Origin: Minisyncoccia bacterium
GTDB lineage: Bacteria; Patescibacteriota; Minisyncoccia; Phycocordibacterales; UBA9973
DNA: 64,000 nt
Assembly: GCA_038244685.1 (NCBI GenBank)
Contig: JBBRTD010000002.1
Location: forward strand, 2,924-66,923
Direction of reading: 5' to 3'
Under the pieces are notes generated by a model that saw only the letters and a program-made list of their open reading frames with translations, ran no database searches and had not been told where the DNA came from. Each line of letters starts with the position of its first letter. Within the stretch, counting starts at the first letter, position 1. The position numbers and the translations under genes were made by a program. This document shows positions 36,885-44,914 of this stretch, one piece after another.

Positions 36885-39495
36885 CACTTCTTTATATCAA
36901 AAATATGATATTCGTGTAGAAGATGGGGTTATAGATGTTAGTTCTATACCATCTTTTATTTCAGATAATCTCCACTCTCGTGTTGTTTTACGACCTTATC
37001 AAGAAGAGGCACTTTCTCGTTTTATTTATTATTTTGAAAAAGATAAAAATAAACTTACTCCGGTACATCTACTTTTCAATATGGCCACAGGGACTGGTAA
37101 AACAATTATAATGTCTAGTGTAATGCTTCATCTTTATACAAAAGGATATCGAAATTTTGTATTTTTTGTTGATAAGGACAATATTGTACAAAAAACAATT
37201 GAAAATTTTACAGACAACACAAGCCCTAAATATAGTTTTTCACCATCAATAGTAATAGATGGAAAACGTGTTTTGGTTCGTAAGGTAGAGAATTTTTCAG
37301 ATAGTGATAATAAAGCAATAAATATCAAATTTAGTACTCTTGCAGGGCTACACAGTGAAATTACCTTTCCAAAAGAAGAAGGGTTATCTATGGACGATTT
37401 TAAGCTCAGAAAAACTGTATTTTTATCAGATGAAGCCCATCACGTTAATGCTTCAACAAAAAAGAAAGAATTAGATGAAGAGGAAAAATCTTGGGAATAT
37501 ACTGTAATGAAATTACTTAATTCAAATCTTGAAAATGTTTTATTGGAGTTTACTGCAACAATCGATGAAAGACACGAAAAAATAGTTGAGAAATATTCTG
37601 ATAAAATAATTTTTAAATATGACCTAAAAAGATATATAGCTGATAAATATTCTAAAGATATTTTCTTATATAAAACTCCAGAGGGGATAGATGACCGTAT
37701 TTTACATGCTCTTATTCTCTCTCAGTATCGTCGTAAGTTAGCGGGGAAATATGGGATGTCCTTTAAACCAGTTGTACTTATAAAATCTAAAACAAAAAAA
37801 GAAAGTGAAAATACTGAAATACTTTTCTATAATCTATTACAAAAATTGAAAGTAAATGATATAGAACGCATAGAAAAACAAGTAAAAGTAAATATAGATA
37901 ATAAGGTAGCAGTTAAAGCTTTTGATTTTTTTAAAAAAGAAGGTATTTCTTTTGCTGAACTTATTAAAGAACTCCAGATTGAATTTTCAAAAGAAAGAAG
38001 AATACAAATGAATGATGATAGTCAAAAAGTTGCGCAGTCTAAGCTCTTGAATTCTCTTGAAGAAGAGTCTAACAAAATTCGTGTTATTTTTCAGGTAAAA
38101 AAACTTGATGAGGGTTGGGATGTATTAAATCTTTTTGATATTGTCAGAGCATATGAGACACGAGATACTGGTACTATAACTACGTCCGAAGCTCAGCTTG
38201 TGGGAAGAGGGGCGAGATATTATCCATTTATTATTGAACCAAGCCAAGAAAAAGATAAAAGAAAATATGACGAAGAGCCAGAAAATGAACTTAGGGTTTT
38301 AGAACAACTTTATTATCATTGTCAGAATGACCATAGATATATCTCTGAAATCAAAAATGCTCTTCAAAAAACCGGAATAGATTTAGATAATAAAAAGATG
38401 ATTGAACTTAAATTAAAAGATTCTTTCAAAAAATCTTTATTTTATACCCAAGCATTTGTATATACTAATAAGCAACAAAAAAAAGATAGGAAAAATATTA
38501 AATCATTAAAAGATATAGATTTGGACAAATTAACACATACAGATTCTCTTTCAACTGGAGTATCTGGAGTAGAAGGTATTTTTGCAAATAGTACCGAAAA
38601 GACCTCATCAAATAATGTTAAAATAGTTAGCGAAAAAATTTCTGTAAAAGAAATACCTATTCACATAACGAGAACTGCTATTGATACTTTTCCATTTTTT
38701 GATTTTGCTAATTTAAAAACATATTTACCCAACATAAAAAGTCGTGATGAATTTATCACATCTGACTCATATGCCGGAAACATTCGCATTGAAATTGATG
38801 GCCCAGAAGACAGGATAAAGAATATAAAAAATGATAATGAATATTTATACTCAATTTTAATAAGAAAAGTATTTGAAGATTTGAAAAATAAGATTGTATA
38901 TAACTCTTTTGAATATGAAGGGACTGATGAATTTATGCCTTACGAGATTAACAAACTTATTAAAGATAAGATTATTCAAATTGAAGTAAATAATGAAAGT
39001 GATAAAGAAAACGGCAAAGCTATGGGTGGAACTGAAACAGAGATTCATCTTGATTTATCAAATATTGATTGGTATTCACATACTGAGAATTATGGAACAT
39101 CTGAAGAAAAGTACCTCATAAAGGCAATATTGGGATTTGTAGATTCTATCAAGAGTAAATACGACAATGTTTATCTTATTCGTAACGAGAGACAAGTAAA
39201 GATATTTGATACCAAGGGGCGTGCTATTGAACCTGATTTCTTGTTATATACTATAAAAAAGAATCAGAAAGACACCTCTTACTATCAATTATTTATTGAA
39301 CCAAAGGGAGCACACTTATTGAAAGAAGATTCTTGGAAGGAGGATTTTTTGAAAGGATTAAACAAAAAATATAAAGGAAAATCTAACTTAATTGAAACAC
39401 CAGAATATTATATATTTGGTTTGCCTTTCTTTAATGAACAAAAAACAAAACGAGAATTTGAAACTGATTTAAAAAAGAAACTCCAGCTAAAATAA
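36877..39495 (+). CDS. res: Type III restriction enzyme Res subunit (SF2 helicase + C-terminal endonuclease)
   Basis: Walker A MATGTGKT, DEAH box LSDEAHH, helicase motif VI QLVGRGAR. 872 aa. Translationally coupled to mod. Confidence 0.85.
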   Translation: MSSTSLYQKYDIRVEDGVIDVSSIPSFISDNLHSRVVLRPYQEEALSRFIYYFEKDKNKLTPVHLLFNMATGTGKTIIMSSVMLHLYTKGYRNFVFFVDKDNIVQKTIENFTDNTSPKYSFSPSIVIDGKRVLVRKVENFSDSDNKAINIKFSTLAGLHSEITFPKEEGLSMDDFKLRKTVFLSDEAHHVNASTKKKELDEEEKSWEYTVMKLLNSNLENVLLEFTATIDERHEKIVEKYSDKIIFKYDLKRYIADKYSKDIFLYKTPEGIDDRILHALILSQYRRKLAGKYGMSFKPVVLIKSKTKKESENTEILFYNLLQKLKVNDIERIEKQVKVNIDNKVAVKAFDFFKKEGISFAELIKELQIEFSKERRIQMNDDSQKVAQSKLLNSLEEESNKIRVIFQVKKLDEGWDVLNLFDIVRAYETRDTGTITTSEAQLVGRGARYYPFIIEPSQEKDKRKYDEEPENELRVLEQLYYHCQNDHRYISEIKNALQKTGIDLDNKKMIELKLKDSFKKSLFYTQAFVYTNKQQKKDRKNIKSLKDIDLDKLTHTDSLSTGVSGVEGIFANSTEKTSSNNVKIVSEKISVKEIPIHITRTAIDTFPFFDFANLKTYLPNIKSRDEFITSDSYAGNIRIEIDGPEDRIKNIKNDNEYLYSILIRKVFEDLKNKIVYNSFEYEGTDEFMPYEINKLIKDKIIQIEVNNESDKENGKAMGGTETEIHLDLSNIDWYSHTENYGTSEEKYLIKAILGFVDSIKSKYDNVYLIRNERQVKIFDTKGRAIEPDFLLYTIKKNQKDTSYYQLFIEPKGAHLLKEDSWKEDFLKGLNKKYKGKSNLIETPEYYIFGLPFFNEQKTKREFETDLKKKLQLK

Positions 39496-39498
39496 TAT

Positions 39499-39630
39499 AT
39501 GGATGAAGAAACATTTGAAATAGCTAAAGATAATGACTTAAGTTTAGATGAAGCAGAAGAGCTTCAGAGTGTTATAGAAGAGACAGGGCTTGATGCTGAT
39601 GAAGCCTTAGAAGTTATGCAAGAATTTTAA
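39499..39630 (+). CDS. Small, highly acidic 43-aa ORF (MDEETFEIAKDNDLSLDEAEELQSVIEETGLDADEALEVMQEF), not in the supplied ORF track
   Basis: ATG 4 bp after the res stop, and the stop lies 5 bp before the next gene. Net charge is about -14. Confidence 0.3.
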   Translation: MDEETFEIAKDNDLSLDEAEELQSVIEETGLDADEALEVMQEF

Positions 39631-39635
39631 TATAT

Positions 39636-39908
39636 ATGAAAAACTTTCTAAAAAGAACTTTATTTAAAATGGCTGACATTACTAATTGTGGCACCCCAAA
39701 TATAAAAATAGAAAAAGCCACGATTAAAGAAATATATGATGAAGTCATTTCTGATGTCCCATATTTAATAAAAATATCTCCAGCCTATATCCAAAGAAGG
39801 TATAAGGTTAATTATGAAATTGCATCACAGGTTATGGATTTACTTGAAGCCAATGGTTTTATAGGTCCAGCAGACGGAGCTAAACCTAGAGATATTATTA
39901 AAAGATAG
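39636..39908 (+). CDS. Stand-alone FtsK-gamma (winged-helix, KOPS-binding-type) domain protein
   Basis: KEIYDEVISDVPYLIKISPAYIQRRYKVNYEIASQVMDLLEANGFIGPADGAKPRDII matches the FtsK gamma consensus (...A...V......S.S.LQRRLRIGYNRAARLID.ME..GIVGP..GSKPREVL). Confidence 0.65.
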   Translation: MKNFLKRTLFKMADITNCGTPNIKIEKATIKEIYDEVISDVPYLIKISPAYIQRRYKVNYEIASQVMDLLEANGFIGPADGAKPRDIIKR

Positions 39909-39910
39909 AT

Positions 39911-40198
39911 ATGATTACTGATATCAAAAAACCAAAAAATAATATAGATATTGCTACCTTAATCAATCCTAGTTTAATTTGGAATGTAATTCTTTTTAAT
40001 TGTAACTGCCACACATTTGATACTGTAATTGAAGAACTGATGGAATCACTTGGTTGTTCTTATGCGAAGGCTTCTCAGTTTGCAAATGTTGCGGACCAGC
40101 TTGGCAGTGTCAAAATTTATGAAGGAGATAAGAAAAATTCTGAACGTATTGCTGATACATTAGGAAGAGCTGGTTTGATTGTGAAATTAAATCAATAA
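39911..40198 (+). CDS. ClpS-like adaptor-fold protein
   Basis: WNVILFNCNCHTFDTVIEELMESLG.SYAKASQFANVADQLGSVKIYEGDKKNSERIADTL aligns to the ClpS core ([24 protein letters not shown].Y....A.QLML.VH..G.A.........E.AE). Confidence 0.5.
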   Translation: MITDIKKPKNNIDIATLINPSLIWNVILFNCNCHTFDTVIEELMESLGCSYAKASQFANVADQLGSVKIYEGDKKNSERIADTLGRAGLIVKLNQ

Positions 40199-40203
40199 AT
40201 AAT

Positions 40204-40770
40204 ATGACTAAAAAAAGTTTAAAAGAATATTTTGATTTGGCCAAAGAACTAGAAAATAGTGGTCATGTTATTGATTCAGATTTTTTAAAAGAAAAATTAG
40301 GAGTTTCAGTTTGTAGAGCCAGTTGTTTGTTTTTTATGCTCCACAAAGGTGGATATTATAAAGATTTAGAACCACTTTCAGAGTTAAAAGAAATTCCTAA
40401 TTTAAAAGGTAAAAAAGAAGGTAAAAATAAATTTATAATTTTTACAGAAGATATGCCCCCTTATAAAGCGAATATATACTATGATGAAGAAATTTCTGAA
40501 GTAGACAAAAAACAATATGTTTCAATAGGAGTAGCTAGGGATATTAGTTTTGAAGATGTAAGACAAATAATCATATCTATTTACTGGGGCCTTAGTGAAA
40601 TTATAAAACAAACAAAAAATCATTTTATTAAGGAGCTTGAGTGTGGAAATGCTCAGTATTTCAAAGATTTTTATAAAGAGAAAGATAAAAAATATATTTT
40701 AAAGGATTTGAAAAAGACGAAATTTAAAGATATTCAAATTAAGTCAATTCTAAAATTACTAGAAATATGA
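40204..40770 (+). CDS. Hypothetical protein (188 aa, K-rich C-terminus)
   Basis: ORF only. Confidence 0.35.
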   Translation: MTKKSLKEYFDLAKELENSGHVIDSDFLKEKLGVSVCRASCLFFMLHKGGYYKDLEPLSELKEIPNLKGKKEGKNKFIIFTEDMPPYKANIYYDEEISEVDKKQYVSIGVARDISFEDVRQIIISIYWGLSEIIKQTKNHFIKELECGNAQYFKDFYKEKDKKYILKDLKKTKFKDIQIKSILKLLEI

Positions 40771-40795
40771 TATAGTTTAATTACAACTAAATAGT

Positions 40796-40958
40796 TAGAT
40801 ATCAGGAGTATGGCGAGAGCACTGGCTCAACGACCCATCAGCAACCCTTAGAGATAAGAAGGTGCTAAATCCAGCCAGATGATACACAAGTATTATCATG
40901 GAAAGATAAGACTAGTCATCTGTATCTTTCCTCTTATTAGAGGAATTTTTTAATTTAA
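40796..40958 (+). promoter_or_regulatory. SAM-I (S-box) riboswitch with intrinsic terminator, in the leader of metK
   Basis: gATATCAGGAG...GGCGAGAGCACTGGCTCAACGACCCATCAGCAACC...AAGGTGCTAAATCCAGCC...AGATGATAc matches the S-box core blocks (ATCAAGAG / GG.GGAGGGACUGGCCCGAUGAA.CCC.GCAACC / GGUGC.AAUUCC.GCAG / AGAUGAG). The P1 helix is TATCA/TGATA. A terminator (ttcctct tatt agaggaa + tttttt) lies at 40928-40951, just before metK. Confidence 0.7.
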
Positions 40959-40966
40959 TAACGTAT

Positions 40967-41932
40967 ATGAAAAAGACAGCAGAGTGTGTGAGTCCTATGC
41001 ATCCAGATAAGATCTGTGACTATATTGCAGATTGCATTTTAGATGCATATTTAGAAGGTGATAAAGAAAGTCGTTGTGCCATAGAAGTAATGGGAGGGCA
41101 CGGATTAATAACTATAAACGGGGAAGTAACCTCAAAAGCTAATCCAGATATAGAAAAAGTTGTACAAGGTTTAGTTGGGACCAACTTTAAAATAATTTCT
41201 AATATTGTTTTACAGAGCCCACAAATTGCTCAAGGTGTTGATATTGGTGGTGCTGGTGATCAAGGAATAATGAAAGGTTATGCTACTAACGAAACACCAG
41301 ACTTGTTACCACTTGAATATGTATGGGCGAGAAGTTTATGTAATTATATTTACAAGAAGCATCCATATGATGGGAAGACTCAAGTTACTATTATTGATGG
41401 ACGTATAGATACTATCGTTGCAAGTTTTCAAAATGTTTCAAAAGAAGTACTCCATAGTCTAGTTCTTGATTGGTATGGTGAGTATGCTGCACAATCTAGA
41501 AAGATATTCCAATTTAATATTTTTGTTAATCCTGCTGGGGATTGGACTCAGGGAGGATTTGATGCGGATACTGGATTATCTGGAAGGAAACTTATTATAG
41601 ATAACTATGGACCAGAAATAACTATCGGTGGAGGTTCTTTCTCTGGTAAGGATTATACAAAGGTGGACCGCTCAGGTGCATATATGGCAAGAAAGATTGC
41701 TGTTGATTTATTAAAGAAACATAATGCAAAAGAAGTTTATACAAAACTTGCATATGCTATTGGTCAACCAGAACCAGTAATGGCTGTAGCAGTTATAGAT
41801 GGAGTTGAAAGTGAAATTACTGGTTATGACTTAACTCCAAGAGGAATATATAAACATTTAAAATTAGATCAAGTTGAATTTAAAAAAACTTGTAACTGGG
41901 GTCACTTTGGAAGAGATTTTGAATGGGAGTAG
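40967..41932 (+). CDS. metK: S-adenosylmethionine synthetase (compact, 321 aa)
   Basis: MHPDKICDYIADCILDAYL (compare GHPDKIADQISDAVLDAIL), GAGDQGIMKGYATNET, GGGSFSGKDYTKVDRSGAYMAR, and C-terminal GHFGRDFEWE. Confidence 0.85.
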   Translation: MKKTAECVSPMHPDKICDYIADCILDAYLEGDKESRCAIEVMGGHGLITINGEVTSKANPDIEKVVQGLVGTNFKIISNIVLQSPQIAQGVDIGGAGDQGIMKGYATNETPDLLPLEYVWARSLCNYIYKKHPYDGKTQVTIIDGRIDTIVASFQNVSKEVLHSLVLDWYGEYAAQSRKIFQFNIFVNPAGDWTQGGFDADTGLSGRKLIIDNYGPEITIGGGSFSGKDYTKVDRSGAYMARKIAVDLLKKHNAKEVYTKLAYAIGQPEPVMAVAVIDGVESEITGYDLTPRGIYKHLKLDQVEFKKTCNWGHFGRDFEWE

Positions 41933-41947
41933 ATTATCAAATTTCCT

Positions 41948-41989
41948 TAAAATCTGTTATATTCAACTCATGTCACTATCAATCGGAAT
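41948..41989 (+). repeat. Right copy of the 42-bp direct repeat; spans -22 to +20 relative to the ychF start codon
   Basis: See 34496-34537. Confidence 0.85.
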
Positions 41990-43082
41990 CGTAGGATTAC
42001 CAAATGTCGGGAAATCGACACTATTTAACGCTCTTACAAAGAAGGGTGTGCCTTGTGAGAACTATCCTTTTTGTACCATAGACCCATCTGTTGGGGTTGT
42101 GGCTGTTCCCGATGAAAGAATATGGAAACTAAGTGAATTCTCTAAATCAGCTAAAACTATACCTGCTGTTATTGAATTTGTTGATATTGCTGGTCTTGTT
42201 AAGGGTGCCTCAGAAGGTGAAGGTCTTGGAAATAAATTTTTAGCAAATATTCGTGAAGTTGATGCCATATTTGAAATGGTCCGTATTTTCCCACTAAAGA
42301 GTGATAAAGGGAACGAAATTCTTCATGTCATGGGAGATATTGATCCACTTCGAGATATAGAAATAATAAATTTAGAGTTGATACTTGCTGATTTAGAAAC
42401 TGTTGTAAAAAGGAAAAATAACATTGCTAAAGATGTCCGAAAAGGAGATAAGGAATTTATCATTGAAGATGAAGCACTTGCAAAACTTATACCAGTTCTT
42501 GAAAAAGGAATGCTTGCCAATACTGTCGACTTTACAGAAAAGGAAGTTGAGAAAATAAAAATGCTCGGTCTCTTAAGTATGAAGCCATTTATTTATGGAC
42601 TTAATAAAAGAGCAGGATCAGATAATTTAGATACAGAAAATCCTGAAATTTTTAAAGAACTTACAGATTATATAGAAAGTATGGGTTCACGCTATGTTGT
42701 AATAGACGCAAAAGTTGAAGATGAATTAAAAGATTTCGAAGGTGAAGAAAAAGAGATGTTCCGCAAGGAATTAGGTGGAGAAGATGATGGAATAAATAAT
42801 CTAATAACTGAAGGGTATAAACTTTTAGGTCTCGACACCTATTTTACAACAGGAGAGGATGAGACTAGAGCTTGGACAATTAAAAAAGGTAGCACAGCGC
42901 CTGTGGCAGGAATGGCCATTCATACAGATTTCAAAGATAAATTTATTCGGGCTGAAGTTGTATTCTGGAAAGATTTACTTGAATCTGGAAGTTATGGAGA
43001 GGCTCGCTCAAAAGGAAAAGTGAAAACCGAAGGGAAGGAATATATAGTAAAAAATGGAGATGTAATTGAATTTAAGATTTAA
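41970..43082 (+). CDS. ychF: Ribosome-binding ATPase YchF (Obg-like, Ola1)
   Basis: MSLSIGIVGLPNVGKSTLFNALTK...CENYPFCTIDPSVGVVAVPDER plus the C-terminal TGS domain. The start is chosen at MSLSIG; the ORF track's 41874 start overlaps metK. Confidence 0.85.
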   Translation: MSLSIGIVGLPNVGKSTLFNALTKKGVPCENYPFCTIDPSVGVVAVPDERIWKLSEFSKSAKTIPAVIEFVDIAGLVKGASEGEGLGNKFLANIREVDAIFEMVRIFPLKSDKGNEILHVMGDIDPLRDIEIINLELILADLETVVKRKNNIAKDVRKGDKEFIIEDEALAKLIPVLEKGMLANTVDFTEKEVEKIKMLGLLSMKPFIYGLNKRAGSDNLDTENPEIFKELTDYIESMGSRYVVIDAKVEDELKDFEGEEKEMFRKELGGEDDGINNLITEGYKLLGLDTYFTTGEDETRAWTIKKGSTAPVAGMAIHTDFKDKFIRAEVVFWKDLLESGSYGEARSKGKVKTEGKEYIVKNGDVIEFKI

Positions 43083-43087
43083 AATAT

Positions 43088-43693
43088 ATGAAATACAAAG
43101 TCATAGGTTTTGACTATAGCGGAGTTATAACAGAATCTTCTGGTTCTGATTTTACTCTAAATACCTGTAGGATTTTAAATATAGACGAGGAAACATTTTT
43201 TGGTATTTATCTTAAAAATAATTACTTATTAAATACAACAGATATTGATAGTAAGGATTTTTGGAGAAAATTACTCAAAGAATGGAGTAGAGAGAATAAA
43301 GAAAAAGAATTTTTTGAATTTATAGATTCCTCAAAGTCAGATACAAAATTTAACTATGAATTATTAGATTATATTAAAGAATTAAAAAATTTCGGCTATA
43401 AGGTGGCACTTTTAAGTAATAATTCTTCTAAATTAAATAATACTCTGAAGGAGGCAGGAATTGATGTATTGTTTGATTTGATATTAATATCAGGAGATGT
43501 TGGCTGTATGAAGCCTAATGTAGAAATATTTCAAATGTTGTGTGATAAGTTAGAAATTAACCCGAAAGAATTAGTTTTTGTGGATGATTTTGAAAAGAAT
43601 TTTATTAATTCGGATGAAGTTGGTTTTACTCCCGTTTTGTTTAAAGGTAACAAAGAATTAAAAGATAAATTTAAGGAACTAGATATAATTTAA
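43088..43693 (+). CDS. HAD-superfamily hydrolase-like protein (the motif I second Asp is replaced: FDYSGV)
   Basis: Motif I-like IGFDYSGVI, motif II LLSNNS, motif IV VFVDDFEKN. Confidence 0.5.
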   Translation: MKYKVIGFDYSGVITESSGSDFTLNTCRILNIDEETFFGIYLKNNYLLNTTDIDSKDFWRKLLKEWSRENKEKEFFEFIDSSKSDTKFNYELLDYIKELKNFGYKVALLSNNSSKLNNTLKEAGIDVLFDLILISGDVGCMKPNVEIFQMLCDKLEINPKELVFVDDFEKNFINSDEVGFTPVLFKGNKELKDKFKELDII

Positions 43694-43695
43694 TC

Positions 43696-44259
43696 ATGCA
43701 ATCCGATTGGCAAAAAGCAAAAAAGATTTTAGAAAATGAAGGAGTCGTAATACTTCCTACTGATACTTTGTATGGAATTGTCGCCAGTGTAGATTCTAAA
43801 AAAGCCATAGATAAAATATATAAGATAAAAGAGCGTGATAAAAGTAAGCCGTTTATCGTTTTAATTTCATCGGTTAAAGATCTGGAAAAATTTAATATTA
43901 AAGGCGAATTTTCAAAAATATTTATTCCTAAAGTTAGCGTCCTTTTACCCTGCAAACAAGCCTCATTTAAATATATTCATCGTGGAACAGGCGAGATAGC
44001 CTTTCGTCTTGTGGGGAATAAGAATAAGAATTTATTTAATTTAATTAAAAAAGTTGGTCCTATTGTAGCTCCAAGTGCAAATAAAGAGAGTCTTAAGCCA
44101 GCCGAAACCATTAAAGATGCCAAGGATTATTTTGGATTAGATGTTGATTTCTATATAAATGGCGGAAAAAAAGTAGGGGAACCTTCTACTTTAATAAGGG
44201 TGAAAGATGGGGCTATTGAAATATTAAGACAAGGGAGGGTAAAAATAAATAAGAAATAA
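43696..44259 (+). CDS. tsaC: L-threonylcarbamoyladenylate synthase TsaC/YrdC
   Basis: VVILPTDTLYGIVASV matches the PTDTxYGL signature of YrdC/Sua5. 187 aa. Confidence 0.8.
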   Translation: MQSDWQKAKKILENEGVVILPTDTLYGIVASVDSKKAIDKIYKIKERDKSKPFIVLISSVKDLEKFNIKGEFSKIFIPKVSVLLPCKQASFKYIHRGTGEIAFRLVGNKNKNLFNLIKKVGPIVAPSANKESLKPAETIKDAKDYFGLDVDFYINGGKKVGEPSTLIRVKDGAIEILRQGRVKINKK

Positions 44260-44263
44260 AAAA

Positions 44264-44337
44264 CAGAGGTTGCTTAGACGTCCAACGTCGACGTAAGACG
44301 TTGTACGTCTTGGATTTGCAACCTCTGATTTTTTATT
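44264..44337. terminator. Long nested hairpin (cagaggttgc ... gcaacctctg enclosing agacgt..acgtct and caacgt..acgttg sub-stems) followed by a T-run; bidirectional terminator
   Basis: Perfect 10-bp outer stem, inner palindromic segments, then gattttttatttc. Confidence 0.65.
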
Positions 44338-44866
44338 TCTTATTAAGCTCTCTGTTTCTGTGTTCTTCTTGTTGTTTTTTAAGTTCAATTACTTCTTCTA
44401 TCAGTTTGCCCATTGTATCTTCGATTCGAGTTAATATTTCTTCGTCTTTTTTATCTTCTTTTTCTTCTTCCTCATCATCTTCTTGAATATCTTCCACATC
44501 TTCCTGAATCTCATCAACATCTTTTTGAATATCTTCCACATCTTCCTGAATCTCATCAACATCTTTTTGAATTTCCTCGACATCTTCAGCAATCTCATCA
44601 ACATCACGAGCCACAGCATGGAGCCTTCTGGCTTGACGGTTTACAGACATTTGGATAAATATGGATAGATAAATTGCTTCGAGTGAGACTATTGTTGTAA
44701 CTACAAGTAATATCTCTTCAAATGGTATACCAAAAAAATACAATACAAATGATCCAATGAATAATAATGTATGGATAAGTAGAGATTCAGTCGAGCCGAT
44801 GGAGCGAGTTGCTCTTAGTGCTATTTTTTCAATTGAATCTAGAGATTTTTTCTTTAATTGCTTCAT
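44333..44866 (-). CDS. Small 2-TM membrane protein with a tandem 14-aa acidic repeat (DV[DE]EIQ[KE]DVEDIQ...) and a poly-E/K tail
   Basis: N-terminal hydrophobic helices, then ...DVDEIAEDVEEIQKDVDEIQEDVEDIQKDVDEIQEDVEDIQEDDEEEEKEDKKDEE. Confidence 0.55.
   Translation of the reverse strand: MKQLKKKSLDSIEKIALRATRSIGSTESLLIHTLLFIGSFVLYFFGIPFEEILLVVTTIVSLEAIYLSIFIQMSVNRQARRLHAVARDVDEIAEDVEEIQKDVDEIQEDVEDIQKDVDEIQEDVEDIQEDDEEEEKEDKKDEEILTRIEDTMGKLIEEVIELKKQQEEHRNRELNKK
44470..44610. repeat. Tandem 42-bp repeat (two full units at 44489-44530 and 44531-44572, plus degenerate flanking partial units) encoding the acidic 14-aa repeats
   Basis: atcttccacatcttcctgaatctcatcaacatctttttgaat occurs twice in a row. 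Confidence 0.8.
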
Positions 44867-44914
44867 AATTCCAGGTTTTATTATACACTACATTTCTGGT
44901 ATAATACAACCATT

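Noticed and set aside
39911-40198. Assigning the ClpS-like protein as a bona fide ClpS adaptor
   Set aside because: The core pattern aligns, but there is no adjacent clpA/clpC and the conserved N-degron-binding residues (D/H in the NDDYT pocket) are substituted (NCNCHT). It is kept as ClpS-like only.
41874-41969. N-terminal extension of the ychF ORF overlapping the metK 3' end
   Set aside because: The conserved YchF N-terminus begins at MSLSIGIVGLPNVGKS (41970). The upstream part overlaps metK and the direct repeat.
44413-44668. Three overlapping plus-strand ORFs (44413-44658, 44431-44619 on the minus strand, 44483-44668) with repetitive H/L/P or K/M-rich translations
   Set aside because: They are frame artefacts of the 42-bp tandem DNA repeat inside the minus-strand acidic-repeat gene.
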